From: a bacterium
GTDB lineage: Bacteria > SAR324 > NAC60-12
Assembly: GCA_965205865.1 (NCBI GenBank)
Contig: CBDBHR010000025.1
Span: forward strand, 64,001 to 128,000
DNA length: 64,000 nt
Direction: 5' to 3'
Shown piece after piece: positions 30,613-42,683 of the stretch. Made by a program: the position numbers and the translations under genes. The stretch's first letter is position 1. Every line of letters starts with the position of its first letter. Under the pieces are notes generated by a model, which did no database searches, was not told the DNA's origin, and saw nothing but the letters and a program-made list of their open reading frames with translations.

Positions 30613-32568
30613 ATGCGTGATCCTCTTACTGGGCCTATTAAAATTCTTCCGGAGCAACTCATCAACAAGATTGCCGCGGGAGAAGTCGTGGAGCGCCCTG
30701 CTTCGATCATCAAAGAATTGGTCGAAAATGCGATCGATGCCGGAGCGGACCAAATCTCGGTGACCATTAAAAATGGTGGCAAGAACCAGATTACCATTCT
30801 GGACAATGGCAGTGGTATGGACGAAGATAATGCGCGCTTGGCCATAGAACGGCATGCCACCAGCAAAATATACGAAGAAAAGGATCTGGATCAAATCGAT
30901 ACATTGGGATTTCGTGGAGAGGCTCTCGCTTCGATCGCGTCGGTGTCCCAGTTCGAACTGTTGACCTGTCATGATGAAAATCAAGGAGGGACGCGACTGC
31001 TGATCAAAGGAGGCGCATTGGAAGCATTGTCGAAGACAGGATTCCCACGGGGTACAAAAATCACCGTCGAGCAACTCTTTTTCAACACGCCGGCGCGTCT
31101 GAAATTCATGAAAACCACCCCAACCGAATTTCGCCACATTCAAGAAACGATCTTGCATCAAGCACTGGCCTGGCCGCGTATCCAATTCCGTTTGACACAC
31201 AACCAACAACTCGTATTCAGCCTCCCCAAAGGAGATTCTCTGGAACAACGCATTTACCAACTCTTCGGCGATGAATTTCAAGATGGTTTGCTTCCCATCG
31301 AGCACGAGGAAACTTATTTACAATATGAAGGATTTCTTTCAGCCCCCACCCATGCCAAATCCACGAAGCGCTGGCAATACCTCTTCGTCAATGACCGTTT
31401 CGTCAAGTGTCCCCCAGTCAACCATGCCGTTTATGACGCCTATCGCACCTTGCTGACGAAAAACCAGCATCCTGTTTTTTTTCTTAAACTTTTTCTGGAT
31501 CCTTCTGAGGTGGATGTGAATGTCCATCCTGCAAAAACAGAAATTCGCTTTCGTAACAGTCATTTGATTCATACTATCCTGGCCGACCACCTGGGAAAAG
31601 CCCTGATGGAAGCGTCGCACCGGCGACATTTTGGCAATCAAATGCAGGCTGCCATGCCCCTTACAACCCCTCCGCCTCGGGATGCGCGTCCCTCGGCACC
31701 GCCTTCAAATGCTTTCCAACCTTCCGTATTGCCCAACCCCCGGCGTTCCATTCTCCAGGAACAAATGGAAATACCCATTCCCTCGGAATCGTTCTCCGGA
31801 AGCAATGCGCAATCAACTTCTTCCCGGGTTTCAAAACAGGGAAATGAGAAAAAAATCAAAAAATCAAAAAAATCAACCCCGCATTTGTCAGAAGCAAAGC
31901 GTCCCGCTTCTCTGAAAGCCGAATCGGACAAAAAGCAGAATCCCATAACTCCTGTCCCCGAGGAGAGCGTCACGAATCAGGCAATCGAACCCCTCTTGCA
32001 CGTCTTGGGGCAAATCCAACGCCGGTACATTCTTGTGGAAAAAAAAGACCGTATTATGCTGTTCGATCAACATGCGGCGTCGGAACAGGGCAACTATGTT
32101 CTCTATTACGAGGAATTCCAAGTCGGTCGTATTCAAACAGAATCGTTCTTGGTGCCTCTTCTCATGGAACTCAGCCCACAAAATGCGATTTTACTGGAGC
32201 AACATCTCTCCTTTTTTGAGAAATTGGGTTTTAACATCGACTCTTTTGGCAAGACGACTTATTCGATTCGCGGCATCCCCATGATTTTACCCAAGGCTGT
32301 CTGTCAGGCGGCTATTTTATCGGTGTTGGAGGAATTGGTACTCTTCGGAAAAAGCAGGAGACCTGATGAGATAATCCAGCATATTCTCGAAAAAGTGGCC
32401 TGCAATGCTGCCATTAAATCGGGAGAGGTACTAGAGATGGAGGTTATGCAGCAATTGGTTTTCGACTTGGAAAAAATGAATCCCCTGTCTTTCCGTCCTC
32501 ATGGACGTCCGGTTGCGATAGAAATTTCCAAACAGGAACTGGAAAAACGTTTCAATCGTCCGATTTGA
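30613..32568 (+). CDS. mutL: DNA mismatch repair protein MutL
   Basis: IAAGEVVERPAS, GFRGEAL, VDVNVHPAK, DQHAASE, PHGRP. Confidence 0.97.
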   Translation: MRDPLTGPIKILPEQLINKIAAGEVVERPASIIKELVENAIDAGADQISVTIKNGGKNQITILDNGSGMDEDNARLAIERHATSKIYEEKDLDQIDTLGFRGEALASIASVSQFELLTCHDENQGGTRLLIKGGALEALSKTGFPRGTKITVEQLFFNTPARLKFMKTTPTEFRHIQETILHQALAWPRIQFRLTHNQQLVFSLPKGDSLEQRIYQLFGDEFQDGLLPIEHEETYLQYEGFLSAPTHAKSTKRWQYLFVNDRFVKCPPVNHAVYDAYRTLLTKNQHPVFFLKLFLDPSEVDVNVHPAKTEIRFRNSHLIHTILADHLGKALMEASHRRHFGNQMQAAMPLTTPPPRDARPSAPPSNAFQPSVLPNPRRSILQEQMEIPIPSESFSGSNAQSTSSRVSKQGNEKKIKKSKKSTPHLSEAKRPASLKAESDKKQNPITPVPEESVTNQAIEPLLHVLGQIQRRYILVEKKDRIMLFDQHAASEQGNYVLYYEEFQVGRIQTESFLVPLLMELSPQNAILLEQHLSFFEKLGFNIDSFGKTTYSIRGIPMILPKAVCQAAILSVLEELVLFGKSRRPDEIIQHILEKVACNAAIKSGEVLEMEVMQQLVFDLEKMNPLSFRPHGRPVAIEISKQELEKRFNRPI

Positions 32569-32667
32569 TCAGAAATTCGTTTGTAGTTTTTCAAACGCGA
32601 GCAACAATAAAAAGACGGGAGAAAGGATAGAGTGTGACGCCATCCTCCCCTTCCGGCATGTAAATAT

Positions 32668-33210
32668 TCAGTCGTCCAAATGTCCGGTTCCCTGCAGCGT
32701 GTTGCAGTGCACCTGAAGGTTATGTGGATCAAGAAAGTATTTCTTCAACGCATATTCCACAGAACTGAAAGCCAGATTGTTCCAGTTAATTTCGTCCTCC
32801 CGGCAAAGTTGCAATTCCAGGCTTTCAGGTCCGGGATAGAAGTCGAGATTCTTCAGATTTGCCAGGAAAAACATGTAGACCTGGTTGATATGCGGAATAC
32901 TGGAAACCGTCAAAAGCCGAACAATTTCCACATCCGCATTGGCTTCCTCCCGGGTTTCCCGCAATGCCCCTTCCTCCACGGTTTCTTCATTTTCCAAAAA
33001 ACCTGCCGGCACCGTCCAATAGCCTTTCTGTGGCGCGATAGCACGCTTGCAGAGCAGGATCTTGTTTTCCCAGCGCGGCAAACAACCTGCGATGATATTC
33101 GGATTCTGATAATGGATACTGCCGCAAGCATCGCAGATGTAGCGCTCCCGGTTGTCATCCGGTGGGATGCCCAATCGGACGGGTGTTCCGCAGTGACTGC
33201 AATAATTCAT
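32668..33210 (-). CDS. NUDIX hydrolase with N-terminal zinc ribbon
   Basis: YCSHCG..CDACG..HYQNP; Nudix box [20 protein letters not shown]. Confidence 0.93.
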   Translation of the reverse strand: MNYCSHCGTPVRLGIPPDDNRERYICDACGSIHYQNPNIIAGCLPRWENKILLCKRAIAPQKGYWTVPAGFLENEETVEEGALRETREEANADVEIVRLLTVSSIPHINQVYMFFLANLKNLDFYPGPESLELQLCREDEINWNNLAFSSVEYALKKYFLDPHNLQVHCNTLQGTGHLDD

Positions 33211-33409
33211 CCAATGTCTCCTTTTGTGGATTGGGGCAAGGTTTCAATGGAATGAGGACAACTATTACTAACACGATTCCGACTAAATTCCAGCGAAAAA
33301 TTCTATCTCTTGGAGTAGCCTTCAATACTGTGGGAAATAGCGAGGTCCGCCTTGCGCTTTCCGTAACAGGGCGGTATGCGTATTAGTTTTCGTATATGAA
33401 CTCCTTGAA

Positions 33410-33619
33410 ATGGAAACCAGCAAGCTGCTTACTCTCGCCTGCTTAAAAAATCTGCGGACAGGTGCCATTTGCCAGGTCATTTGCGTGGTTTTTACCAACC
33501 GAATCACCGGTGAATTCATTGCAATGGAAAAGAGAGACGCCGCAGAAGATTTGTTGATTGAAAGCGGATTGCAAACTTTCATGCATCTGATCCGTAAAGA
33601 TCGGCGACAGAAAGATTGA
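33410..33619 (+). CDS. Small hypothetical protein
   Basis: 69-aa ORF co-oriented with the downstream genes; no motif. Confidence 0.3.
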   Translation: METSKLLTLACLKNLRTGAICQVICVVFTNRITGEFIAMEKRDAAEDLLIESGLQTFMHLIRKDRRQKD

Positions 33620-33708
33620 GAACCTGAAAGCATTGTAATACGATGAGCCTACTTGATGGCAACGGTGTTCGATCCGGCAAACAGAGAATAGGGAAAGTTT
33701 TTATACTG

Positions 33709-34371
33709 ATGCGTCTCAATGCCTTTGAAAAGACTATGAATCAGAGAATGATGCGGAATATACCGCAAAAACTGGCGCAGTCTGAAAAATACCTTAACCT
33801 CATTTGGGCAACGATTGCTTTGGGACTTGCTTATGAAACGTTTCAGGATATACGGATCACTGCGGATGCCAATTTGATCATCTGGTTTCTACTGCACAGT
33901 ACTGCTGCCGTATTGTTTTTTATCCGTCATCCTCCCCTTGCCTTTTCTACTTCCCCATTTGCCTATGGAGTTGCCCTCGCCTCCGTCAATTATTATCTCT
34001 TGTATGACTTCACCATCGTTTCTGCCGCACCGGTCGCTGTTGGAGAAATTCTGATATTTTCAGGCGGGGTGATGGGGCTGGTTTCCACCCTTTCCCTTGG
34101 CAAATGTTTTGGCATCCTTCCCGTTTATCGCGGAATTCGCACCAAAGCCGCCTACCAGTTGATACGGCATCCTATTTATGCCTCTTATATCTTGCTTGAT
34201 TCCGGGATCGTCATCGCTTATCCGTCGTGGGACAACGGATTGATCTTTTGCATTGCAATCATGTTGTTTGTTCTGCGAATTCGCTATGAAGAAGAGGTTT
34301 TGGAACAGGCCTCCGAATATCAGGCATATCAAAAGAAAGTGAAATTCAAGTTGATTCCATTGATCTATTGA
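33709..34371 (+). CDS. Isoprenylcysteine carboxylmethyltransferase/PEMT-like membrane protein (start uncertain)
   Basis: SLGKCFGILP..YQLIRHPIYASY..RIRYEEEVL..Y.AYQKKV. Confidence 0.85.
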   Translation: MRLNAFEKTMNQRMMRNIPQKLAQSEKYLNLIWATIALGLAYETFQDIRITADANLIIWFLLHSTAAVLFFIRHPPLAFSTSPFAYGVALASVNYYLLYDFTIVSAAPVAVGEILIFSGGVMGLVSTLSLGKCFGILPVYRGIRTKAAYQLIRHPIYASYILLDSGIVIAYPSWDNGLIFCIAIMLFVLRIRYEEEVLEQASEYQAYQKKVKFKLIPLIY

Positions 34372-34400
34372 CCACTCCCACTCTCCAAACAAGAATAAAA

Positions 34401-34719
34401 CATGGCGCGTCTTATCTTCCATGGGATCCTCCATTTTCTCGTTCCGGGAATTGTTGCTCGTTTTGCCTTCAAAGCACGTTGGTTGAGGGCTTGGTTGATC
34501 ATGAGCAGCACGATGCTGGTCGATCTGGATCATCTTTTTGCCATTCCCGTATTTGATGCCAATCGCTGCAGTATCCTTGTCCATCCCTTGCATTCATACG
34601 AAGCCATTGCGCTTTATGGAGTCCTTTGTTTTGTCCCTCTTCTGCGTCTGCCTGCTTTGGGTTTGTTGATTCATATGGCACTGGATGGAGTGGATTGCAT
34701 ATGGATGCGCTTGGAATAG
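34401..34719 (+). CDS. Small membrane protein (DUF6122-like)
   Basis: HFLVPG..TMLVDLDHL..FDANRCSI..HPLHS..HMALDG.DC. Confidence 0.8.
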
Positions 34720-34878
34720 CCGCGTTTGAACAATCCTTTCTGTTCATATTTCCCTTGAATTTTTCAAATAAGTCGAGTAGTTCTGGCACAGTTTTCTTCA
34801 ACCTTGCCCCAAAGGCATTGCAAACCTTCGTTGCAACTAGTAGCAGTGATTGACTTGGCAAATGACAGAAAAGGTAAG

Positions 34879-35082
34879 ATGGCACGAGGTAAAGTGAAGT
34901 GGTATAACGCCAGAAAAGGATATGGGTTCATCGAACAAGAAGAAGGTGAAGATCTCTTTGTCCACCACTCGGAAATCGAGGGCAGACGTCTGGAATCCGG
35001 TGCAGTTGTAGAATTCGAAATCGGAGAAGGACGCAAAGGCCCTTGTGCTACTAAAGTGAAAGTTATCGATCTGAATTCTTGA
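34879..35082 (+). CDS. Cold-shock protein
   Basis: [22 protein letters not shown]. Confidence 0.95.
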   Translation: MARGKVKWYNARKGYGFIEQEEGEDLFVHHSEIEGRRLESGAVVEFEIGEGRKGPCATKVKVIDLNS

Positions 35083-35265
35083 TGCCCCTCACCACGAGTT
35101 CATTTTTTAATTCACGTATTGCCTCTTTTCGGCGCACCGTGGCTATTGATTTGTTCGCCGTTCCAGGAGATTGTCGCGGAAAAAAATCCCGGTCTGAGCG
35201 CAAAATTATCCGGTTCTCTACCCCATATCAACCCCGTCCGCAAGCCAACTTATTCTGGAACATAA

Positions 35266-35826
35266 TTGAAAAAAATGTTTGAGATTCTGCCTCACAAAAC
35301 GAAAAAAACTTTGATCTTACTGGCTGTATTTTCAGGTACTGCCATTCTGATTAACCTGATCATTCTTAAAATATTCAATCAAAATAGTCCCTATAGAGCA
35401 GAGCATGGTTTGATTGGAATCATCATACTGATGGCATTCGTTTTCACCTTTGTAGGGGTCAATACGTCCCGGTCGAAAATTGTTTCATTATTTCTTCTCT
35501 CATTGATTCCCTGTTATTTTGGTACTGTTTTCCCCGACTTGGATATAACGTTCTTGGGCATTGGCGGTCATCGCAATCCCTTGTTCCATAGTGGATCGTT
35601 GTTTTTTGTTTTGCTCTTTTTTGCCAGGCGATTCCATTCATTCATGCTGGCGGCAGTCATTACGGCGTTCGGAATCGGTTTAGGTTCGCATTTAATATGG
35701 GATTTTTTCGATCATGCCGACGTTCGATGGATTCCGGGTGGCACTTTGGATCGTCTCTGGCTTAGCGTGAATGGGGTATTGTGTCTTGTTCTGGCAAAGG
35801 TATTTATGTCTTCACGATTTAAATAA
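35266..35826 (+). CDS. Membrane protein, metal-dependent hydrolase-like
   Basis: FPDLD..GHRNPLFHS..SHLIWD motif set. Confidence 0.7.
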   Translation: MKKMFEILPHKTKKTLILLAVFSGTAILINLIILKIFNQNSPYRAEHGLIGIIILMAFVFTFVGVNTSRSKIVSLFLLSLIPCYFGTVFPDLDITFLGIGGHRNPLFHSGSLFFVLLFFARRFHSFMLAAVITAFGIGLGSHLIWDFFDHADVRWIPGGTLDRLWLSVNGVLCLVLAKVFMSSRFK

Positions 35827-35987
35827 CTCATGTCACCTCCAGTGTTCGCGGCAGGAAAAATCCCTCCCGATTCGAGGAAAGACACTAACCCGAATGAGCG
35901 TTGCGGCCGTACGAAACAAGATCAACAAATTGCTCGAAGCAGCCGGACGGCGCTTCTTCCCCACCGCCTAATCCAGCCCATCCTGCT

Positions 35988-36746
35988 TCAGTTTGCTGCC
36001 ATACCATCTCTATCCGGTGTGCTAATCTGGCCTGATTTTCTTCGATTGTAGTAAGCATCATTCACCGCCTTCTTTTCTGTATCATTTAACGTATCCCAGA
36101 TTTTCTCTCGCATGTACCAGGGGATTGGCCCCCGGGAATCCTGCCACCCCCAGGGATCGTCATAGTTGAGCAATTCCCGGAACCGGGCATCATTGCGGTC
36201 CAGAATTTCTTCACTGATGCGGCCGTGAAAGTTTTCCTGAAGCCGGTAATGCGGCCCGGCATAATGGCTAGTGACCGAGAGGCGCAGACCGGGAGTGAGC
36301 TTGGGAAACGCCCCATGCCAGACATTGCCATGAAATACCAGCACCGAACCGGCCGGAGCTTCTACGGGAATTGCATCCTCCACCCCTTCCCCGGGTTCGG
36401 GATGGCGGCAGTATTTGTGGGAGCCCGGAACAATGCATAAGGCTCCATTCTCTTTCCTGTAGTCGGTGAGAATCCAATTCGTATTGAAGACGTGCGGAAT
36501 TGCCGGCAGTGAGCTATACCCCGGATACATCCCCGAATCGGTGCGCATCCCCAGGTTTTCTCCATAACCGTCAGCATCCTGCCATTTGATGAAACAAGTG
36601 AGCGAGGACAAATGGCAATCCTCCCCGAGATAGTATTCCATCAGCGGTAACGTCATCGGGTGTTGGATAATCTCCTCGAAGACCCGGTCTTTCTCCAGAA
36701 ATGCAAAGAGCAGATGCTGACCGTTATTGCTGTGTTGCTGAATCAT
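35988..36746 (-). pseudogene. 5'-truncated duplicate of the PhyH dioxygenase at 41506-42498
   Basis: Near-identical 3' part; lacks about 80 N-terminal aa; H-x-D changed from GLHDD to GMRTD. Confidence 0.85.
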
Positions 36747-37387
36747 CAGGCATGGGTCTTCTCCTTTTTATATAGGGTCATATCCCTAACCCAAACTCAA
36801 AGGCGGTGTGGGACGCAATGGCGGCACCTTGGTAAAGCTCTGAGTTCAATTTGGTGATAGGATGCCTTTCTAGAGAGAATCGTTTATTTTGAGAAAGTTT
36901 GTCTATTCTGTTAAATTTTTCTGCGGTGCCAGTCGTAAAGTTCAGGCTTGTGAGGAGAAAGAAAAACAAGTCGCGGTCTTCATCAGGGTCTCTTGTTTTT
37001 CACAAGAGGGCCAACGATCAAAATAAGCCTTGAACCTTTATGAGGCCTCAAAGAGGGTTAAAAATAGCTGCTTGTCTTTCGTTTTTTTTTTGATAGACTT
37101 CAAGAAATCGCCTTTGGCTGAAGGTTTTATTTCCTAGTATGGCAATTATGTCGGGAAATTAAGAAATATGAAAAAAAATTGCTTTTAATGACAAATCGGA
37201 TTATTTTAAAAAATACGTTTATTTTTTTCTTGATATGAAATATTCTCAAAGAGCCGCTATCGCAGAATAGCTTTTAGCCCTCTGCTGTCAGCTTTCAGTT
37301 GCTGAATTATATTGACTTTACAGGTTTTTTGTAAGTGAAAACGCGCTTCGCGGGCCGCTGTATCAGAGAAAAGATTGCCATAAATGT

Positions 37388-37416
37388 TTGACAACCATTT
37401 GCAAAGCGATTATAAA
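37388..37416 (+). promoter_or_regulatory. Sigma-70-like promoter
   Basis: TTGACA-17 nt-TATAAA upstream of the SBP operon. Confidence 0.65.
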
Positions 37417-37666
37417 ATACTCTCTTCCGGGAATGGAAGGTCAATATTGCGATCCTTAGTATAGCCGCTTCCGGTAGACTAGAGCGACCGTACCATCATT
37501 CCAAATCTCAAGAACGGAAGGGCAATGAGAAATTTGGAATATCATCGACGCATGAGTGTGTCATTTTTTGTTCATTATTTTTTATATGGAGAATCCTATG
37601 TCGAAATCACTTAAGCAGAAAATGAATTTTTATTCCTTCAACCTGAATAAATATAAAGGAGGACGT

Positions 37667-39398
37667 ATGTCTTTAAAAAAACTGTTGATCATTTTTGCAG
37701 GGCTGACCCTGGTGGGGGCCTTGTCTCATGTGTATGCGCAATCCTAATGGGGGCTACATCACTGTTGCGGGACGGAATGTTTCCGCTTGTTGGCAGCCCG
37801 TCCATCTCAGTGTTTGTATTGAGAAATTTGGCCCCATCACTGATTTCCTGTTAGAGTCGGACTTAACAAAGGGGCCGCGAGGTACCGGTGAATTTACATT
37901 CGCTAACATGTCGAACTATTCAATCGATGGTTTAAGAGGCTCTTTGCTGGAATCCTGGGAACAGCCGACTGCCCAAAGTCTGGTTTTTAAGGTGCGTAAG
38001 GGCGTCCGTTTCCATAATAAACCCCCCGCAAACGGCCGAGAATTGAATGCTCGGGATATTGTACGCGATTGGGAAATCCTCACCGCCGATACCAGAGCCG
38101 GCGGCTTGTATGAAGCACACAAACGCATTAAGTGGACCGCCCGGGATGACTGGACGATTGATGTGGAGATGGTCGAACCGGATGTTCCCGGAATCTGGGC
38201 GCAGGATCTCTTGCTGATATCCATTCCGGCACCCGAATGGAAGGAGATCGAAGACAAAATGGATGATTGGCAGACGGTGAAAAACAGTGGGATCTTCACG
38301 GGCCCCTTTATGCTGGAGGATCATGTCGACTTGAGTGTGACCACCTACATAAAGAACCCGGACTATTGGGGGAAGGACGTCTTCAACACGGACGATCAAG
38401 TCCCCTACGTGGACGGCATGAGGATCGTAGATTTTGCTGATGCGGCGGCAAAAATGGCAGCCTTGCGCTCCGGCAAGCTGGACATCATCAGTATGTTTGG
38501 TCTTAGTGGCGAGGAAAAAGATGCGTTAGAGAAGACGAACCCTGAAATAAAATTTATCCCCGGCTTCGTCATGGGCCTCTTCACTTTTGTGAGGGCCGAT
38601 TTGGCGCCTTGGAACGATATCAGGGTCCGCTATGCGGCCCATATGGCCATCAACTACGAAGAAGTTCGTGACGATTTTTACAAAGGCAACGCTTGTTTCC
38701 CCAGTATGCCTCAAAATTGTTCGGTTGGGGAACGCCTGGGAATGGATTGGCTGAAGAAATACCGCCCTGACCTGGCCAAGCTCTTTGAGTATCACCCCGA
38801 TGAGGCCAAAAAACTGCTGGCCGAAGCGGGCCATCCCAATGGCTTTGACACCGAATTGATTGTCTCCCATGACTGGGTCGAACATTTCGAATTGATGGCC
38901 ACTTACCTGGAAGAAGTCGGCATTCGTGTCACTTTGAAGCCGGGGGAGCAAACCATGATGTATTCCAGCATTCACCCGGGACCGGAAGGGCCGGATGATA
39001 AAGTCTACACCGGCATGGGTGCTCATGACTCTGGGTGTAATAACCTCAGCTTGGCGTGTTTGTCCAAGTGGCACGGGGCAGACGCCCCGTTCTTCGGCGC
39101 AGGTTTTGTCAAAGGCACGATCCCGGACAATAAGATGCGGGCCTTGCAGAACGCCTATAATAGCGAGACGGACCCCATCGAGTCCAGGCGTATCTGGACC
39201 GAGTTGTATCTCCTGTGGTATGAACTGGCCTGGGGGATTAATTGGATGGGCGTGAATACGTATAACCACTGGCAGCCGTGGGTTCAAGGATATGAAGGTG
39301 CCGGCGGGTACGAATCGCCCCGACTGAACCTGGTCAAGTACTACTGGATTGACACAGACATGAAGAAGCAAATGAGCGGGCGCGACCCGAATGAGTAA
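37667..39398 (+). pseudogene. Family 5 substrate-binding protein, copy A, +1 frameshift after the signal peptide
   Basis: CAATCCTAATGGG versus CAATCCTATGGG in the 44890 paralog gives a TAA at 37745. Confidence 0.85.
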
Positions 39399-39426
39399 AC
39401 TCGTCTAACCGCTCGATCCACACCAA

Positions 39427-39460
39427 GGGGTTGGATGGATCCATCCAACTCCTTTTTTTG
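39427..39460 (+). terminator. Hairpin + T-tract between SBP and permease
   Basis: GGGGTTGGATGGATCCATCCAACTCCTTTTTTT; a copy lies at 46648-46682. Confidence 0.75.
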
Positions 39461-39484
39461 TGTTAGTTCAAAAGAAAAAATACC

Positions 39485-40438
39485 GTGCAGACCTATATCC
39501 TCCGAAGATTCCTCCTGGTCATCCCCACCCTGCTTATAGTCTCGGTCTTGGTGTTCTTCAGCCTGCGCTTCATCCCAGGGGATGCCATCGACGTCATGGT
39601 CAGTCATCAGCGATTTGTTGCCGATGACGATGCCAGGGCCATGATCCGGAAACATCTGGGGTTGGATTTGCCCATCCATGTACAGTATGGGCGCTGGTTC
39701 AACGGGGTGCTACAAGGAGACCTGGGCAGATCCATGTGGACAGACGCGCCGGTCACCCGAATCCTCCTGGAGGCGCTGCCCGTCTCCCTGGAAGTGGGCC
39801 TCCTGGCCATTTTCTTTTCATTGATCATCGCCTTGCCTGTCGGCGTCTATTCCGGGATACGGCCTGACACGAAGATGGATCATCTCATTCGCAGCCTTGC
39901 CATTTTCTTCATCTGTGTGCCCAGCTTCTGGATCGGGACGATGGTCATGATCTATCCCTCCATCTGGTGGCGCTGGTCGCCCCCGATGTTCTATGTGCCT
40001 TTTCTTAAGGACCCCCTGGACAACCTGGCCATGGTGATCATTCCGGCTCTCATTCTGGGGATGTGGCTCTCCGGGATGACCATGCGCTTGATGCGCAACA
40101 CGATGCTGGAGGTGCTCCGAGCGGACTACGTCCGGACCGCTTGGGCCAAGGGGCTCCGGGAACGGGTGGTGGTGACGCGGCACGTGTTGAAGAATTCGCT
40201 GATCCCGGTGGTCACCATGGTCGGTCTGCAACTCCCCGTCTTGATTGGCGGGGCGGTGGTGGTGGAATACATCTTTGGCCTGCCCGGCATCGGCCGGCTG
40301 GTCGTCGACTCGATTAAGATTCGCGACTATCCCATCATTACCGGCGTCAACGTCTATGCGGCCATCTTTGTGTTAGTGATCAATATCATCATCGACCTCA
40401 GCTACGCCTGGCTCGACCCGCGGATTCGGTTTAAATAG
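39485..40438 (+). CDS. OppB-like permease, copy A (intact)
   Basis: RFIPGD, DYVRTAWAKGL, WLDPRIRFK. Confidence 0.95.
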   Translation: MQTYILRRFLLVIPTLLIVSVLVFFSLRFIPGDAIDVMVSHQRFVADDDARAMIRKHLGLDLPIHVQYGRWFNGVLQGDLGRSMWTDAPVTRILLEALPVSLEVGLLAIFFSLIIALPVGVYSGIRPDTKMDHLIRSLAIFFICVPSFWIGTMVMIYPSIWWRWSPPMFYVPFLKDPLDNLAMVIIPALILGMWLSGMTMRLMRNTMLEVLRADYVRTAWAKGLRERVVVTRHVLKNSLIPVVTMVGLQLPVLIGGAVVVEYIFGLPGIGRLVVDSIKIRDYPIITGVNVYAAIFVLVINIIIDLSYAWLDPRIRFK

Positions 40439-40477
40439 CTGTCAGCTTTCTGCTCTCAGTTTTCGCTTAGCACTGAA

Positions 40478-41419
40478 ATGTTAGTCACGAAAGAGTCAAC
40501 ATACAAAAGAAGAAAACCCATTCGGGAATTCCTATCCCGGCTGTTTCGGGAGAAACCCTTAGGGGCGCTGGGTGGGATCATCGTTCTGGTCTTTTTGTTC
40601 ATCGGTATTTTTGCCGACGCCCTCGCCACCCATGGCATGCTCCAGCGCAACCTGAAGCACCGGCTGGAAGGCCCCTCTGTCCAATTCCCCCTGGGGACTG
40701 ACCAAATGGGCCGGGATCAGTACAGCCGTCTGGTTCAGGGAGCTCGCATTTCGATGGTTGTCGGGTTGGCCAGTTGCGCGATCGCTCTGCTAATTGCCAC
40801 GACCTTCGGCTTGATCTCGGGATACTGGGGTGGCAAATTTGACCTCATCCTGCAGCGCTTTGTCGACGCCTGGTTGAGCCTCCCAGCATTGTTTATCCTC
40901 TTGACGGTGATGGCGCTGCTGGGGCCAGGCTTGATCCAGATGATCAGCGTGTTAGGGGCGTTTTGGGGGATTGCCAACATCCGGACGGTCCGCGGAGTGG
41001 TGCTGAGCGCCAAGGAGAATTTGTATGTCGAGGCGGCCCGGGCGACCGGAGCTCGTCCCCCACGCGTACTCTTGCGGCACATCCTGCCCCAGATTGTCGC
41101 GCCCATCATCACCGTGTTCACCGTGGCTCTCGGGGGCATCATCCTCGATGAGGCCACCATCAGCTTCCTCGGTTTCGGCATTCCGCCGCCCCAGCCCAGT
41201 TGGGGGGGCATGTTGAGTCTGGAAGGCCGCAAGTACATGGAAAGCCAGCCCCTGCTGGCCCTCTTTCCCGGCCTCTGCCTGGCCATCGTCGTCTATGGGG
41301 TCAACATGTTTGGCGACGCCTTGCGCGATCTGCTCGATCCCCGCCTGCGAGGTGCCGGACGCATGGGCAGCGCCAAGATTCCCCTGAGACGAACCCTCCT
41401 CATCAACCCTGACAATTAG
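40478..41419 (+). CDS. OppC-like permease, copy A
   Basis: LGTDQMGRD, YVEAARATGA, GDALRDLLDPR. Confidence 0.95.
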   Translation: MLVTKESTYKRRKPIREFLSRLFREKPLGALGGIIVLVFLFIGIFADALATHGMLQRNLKHRLEGPSVQFPLGTDQMGRDQYSRLVQGARISMVVGLASCAIALLIATTFGLISGYWGGKFDLILQRFVDAWLSLPALFILLTVMALLGPGLIQMISVLGAFWGIANIRTVRGVVLSAKENLYVEAARATGARPPRVLLRHILPQIVAPIITVFTVALGGIILDEATISFLGFGIPPPQPSWGGMLSLEGRKYMESQPLLALFPGLCLAIVVYGVNMFGDALRDLLDPRLRGAGRMGSAKIPLRRTLLINPDN

Positions 41420-41505
41420 TAGGGACGGTGTTCATATACAAAAATCGTTTAATATGGATTTCAGGCAGAAGGGTATCACTACCGCCTAATCCAGCCCATC
41501 CTGCT

Positions 41506-42498
41506 TCAGTTTGCTGCCATACCATCTCTATCCGGTGTGCTAATCTGGCCTGATTTTCTTCGATTGTAGTAAGCATCATTCACCGCCTTCTTTTCTGTAT
41601 CATTTAACGTATCCCAGATTTTCTCACGCATGTACCAGGGGATTGGCCCCCGGGAATCCCGCCATCCCCAGGGATCGTCATAGTTGAGCAATTCCCGGAA
41701 TCGGGCATCATGGCGTGCCAGCATTTCTTCACTGATACGTCCGTGAAAGTCTTCCTGAAGCCGGTAATGCGGCCCGGCATAATGAGCATTGACCGAGAGG
41801 CGTAAACTGGGAGTGAGCTTAGGAAACGCCCCATGCCAGACATTGCCATGAAATGCCAGCACTGAACCGGCCGGAGCTTCTACGGGAATCGCGTCCTCCA
41901 CCCCTTCCCCGGGTTCGGGATGGCGGCAGTATTTGTGAGAACCGGGCACAATGCATAAGGCGCCATTCGCTTTTGTGTAGCCGGTGAGAATCCAATTGGT
42001 GTTGACGGTATGTGGAATCGCCGGCAGTGAGCTATACCCCGGATACATCCCCGTATCGTCGTGCAGCCCCAGGTTTTCTCCATAACCGACAGGATCCTGC
42101 CATTTGATGAAACAAGTGAACGAGGACAAATGGCAATCCTCTCCGAGATAGTATTCCATCAGCGGTAACGTCATCGGGTGTTGGATAATCTCCTCGAAGA
42201 CCTGGTCTTTCTCCAGAAACGCCCAGAGCAGATGCTGACTGTTATTGGTGCCTTGATTCATTTGTGTGCCATGGGCGCCTGTCTCGATGTCATATTTCGT
42301 TCCCGTATCTTCCTCGGCAATCCGGAGGATCGCTTCGCGCATACGCTCTAAAATGCGATCCCCTCCTATCTTTTCAGGAGGAATCACTGTCAAGCCATAG
42401 GCATCCAGTTCTTCCAGATGTTCTGTCAAGCCCCGCTCTTTGATCACGTGGTAGGCTGGGGGGATATGTTTCAATTTTGTCCAATTTTGAGTGGTCAT
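41506..42498 (-). CDS. PhyH-family Fe(II)/2OG dioxygenase
   Basis: GLHDD, GALCIVPGSH, FHGNVWHG..R; AGGAG RBS. Confidence 0.92.
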   Translation of the reverse strand: MTTQNWTKLKHIPPAYHVIKERGLTEHLEELDAYGLTVIPPEKIGGDRILERMREAILRIAEEDTGTKYDIETGAHGTQMNQGTNNSQHLLWAFLEKDQVFEEIIQHPMTLPLMEYYLGEDCHLSSFTCFIKWQDPVGYGENLGLHDDTGMYPGYSSLPAIPHTVNTNWILTGYTKANGALCIVPGSHKYCRHPEPGEGVEDAIPVEAPAGSVLAFHGNVWHGAFPKLTPSLRLSVNAHYAGPHYRLQEDFHGRISEEMLARHDARFRELLNYDDPWGWRDSRGPIPWYMREKIWDTLNDTEKKAVNDAYYNRRKSGQISTPDRDGMAAN

Positions 42499-42683
42499 AG
42501 TAGGCTCCTTTCTAGTTTTATTTTAGTTGACCATAATTTTATACTCTTCTGGATATTAATTGCAAACAAAAAATTTGACATCATTTTGCTTTCAAATTAG
42601 GGGATATGTTTCAATTTTGTCCAATTTTGAGTGGTCATAGTAGGCTCCTTTCTAGTTTTATTTTAGTTGACCATAATTTTATA
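42461..42683. repeat. 140-bp tandem duplication of the phyH start and upstream region; second copy split by the IS and resuming at 44387-44440
   Basis: 42461-42543 matches 42601-42683; 42539-42591 is near-identical to 44387-44439. Confidence 0.9.

Noticed and set aside
35830-35970. Possible transposase C-terminal scrap (..VRNKINKLLEAAGRRFFPTA)
   Set aside because: Too short to assign.
37735-37755. Programmed frameshift or phase variation in SBP copy A
   Set aside because: The lesion is a single extra A outside any homopolymer or slippery site.
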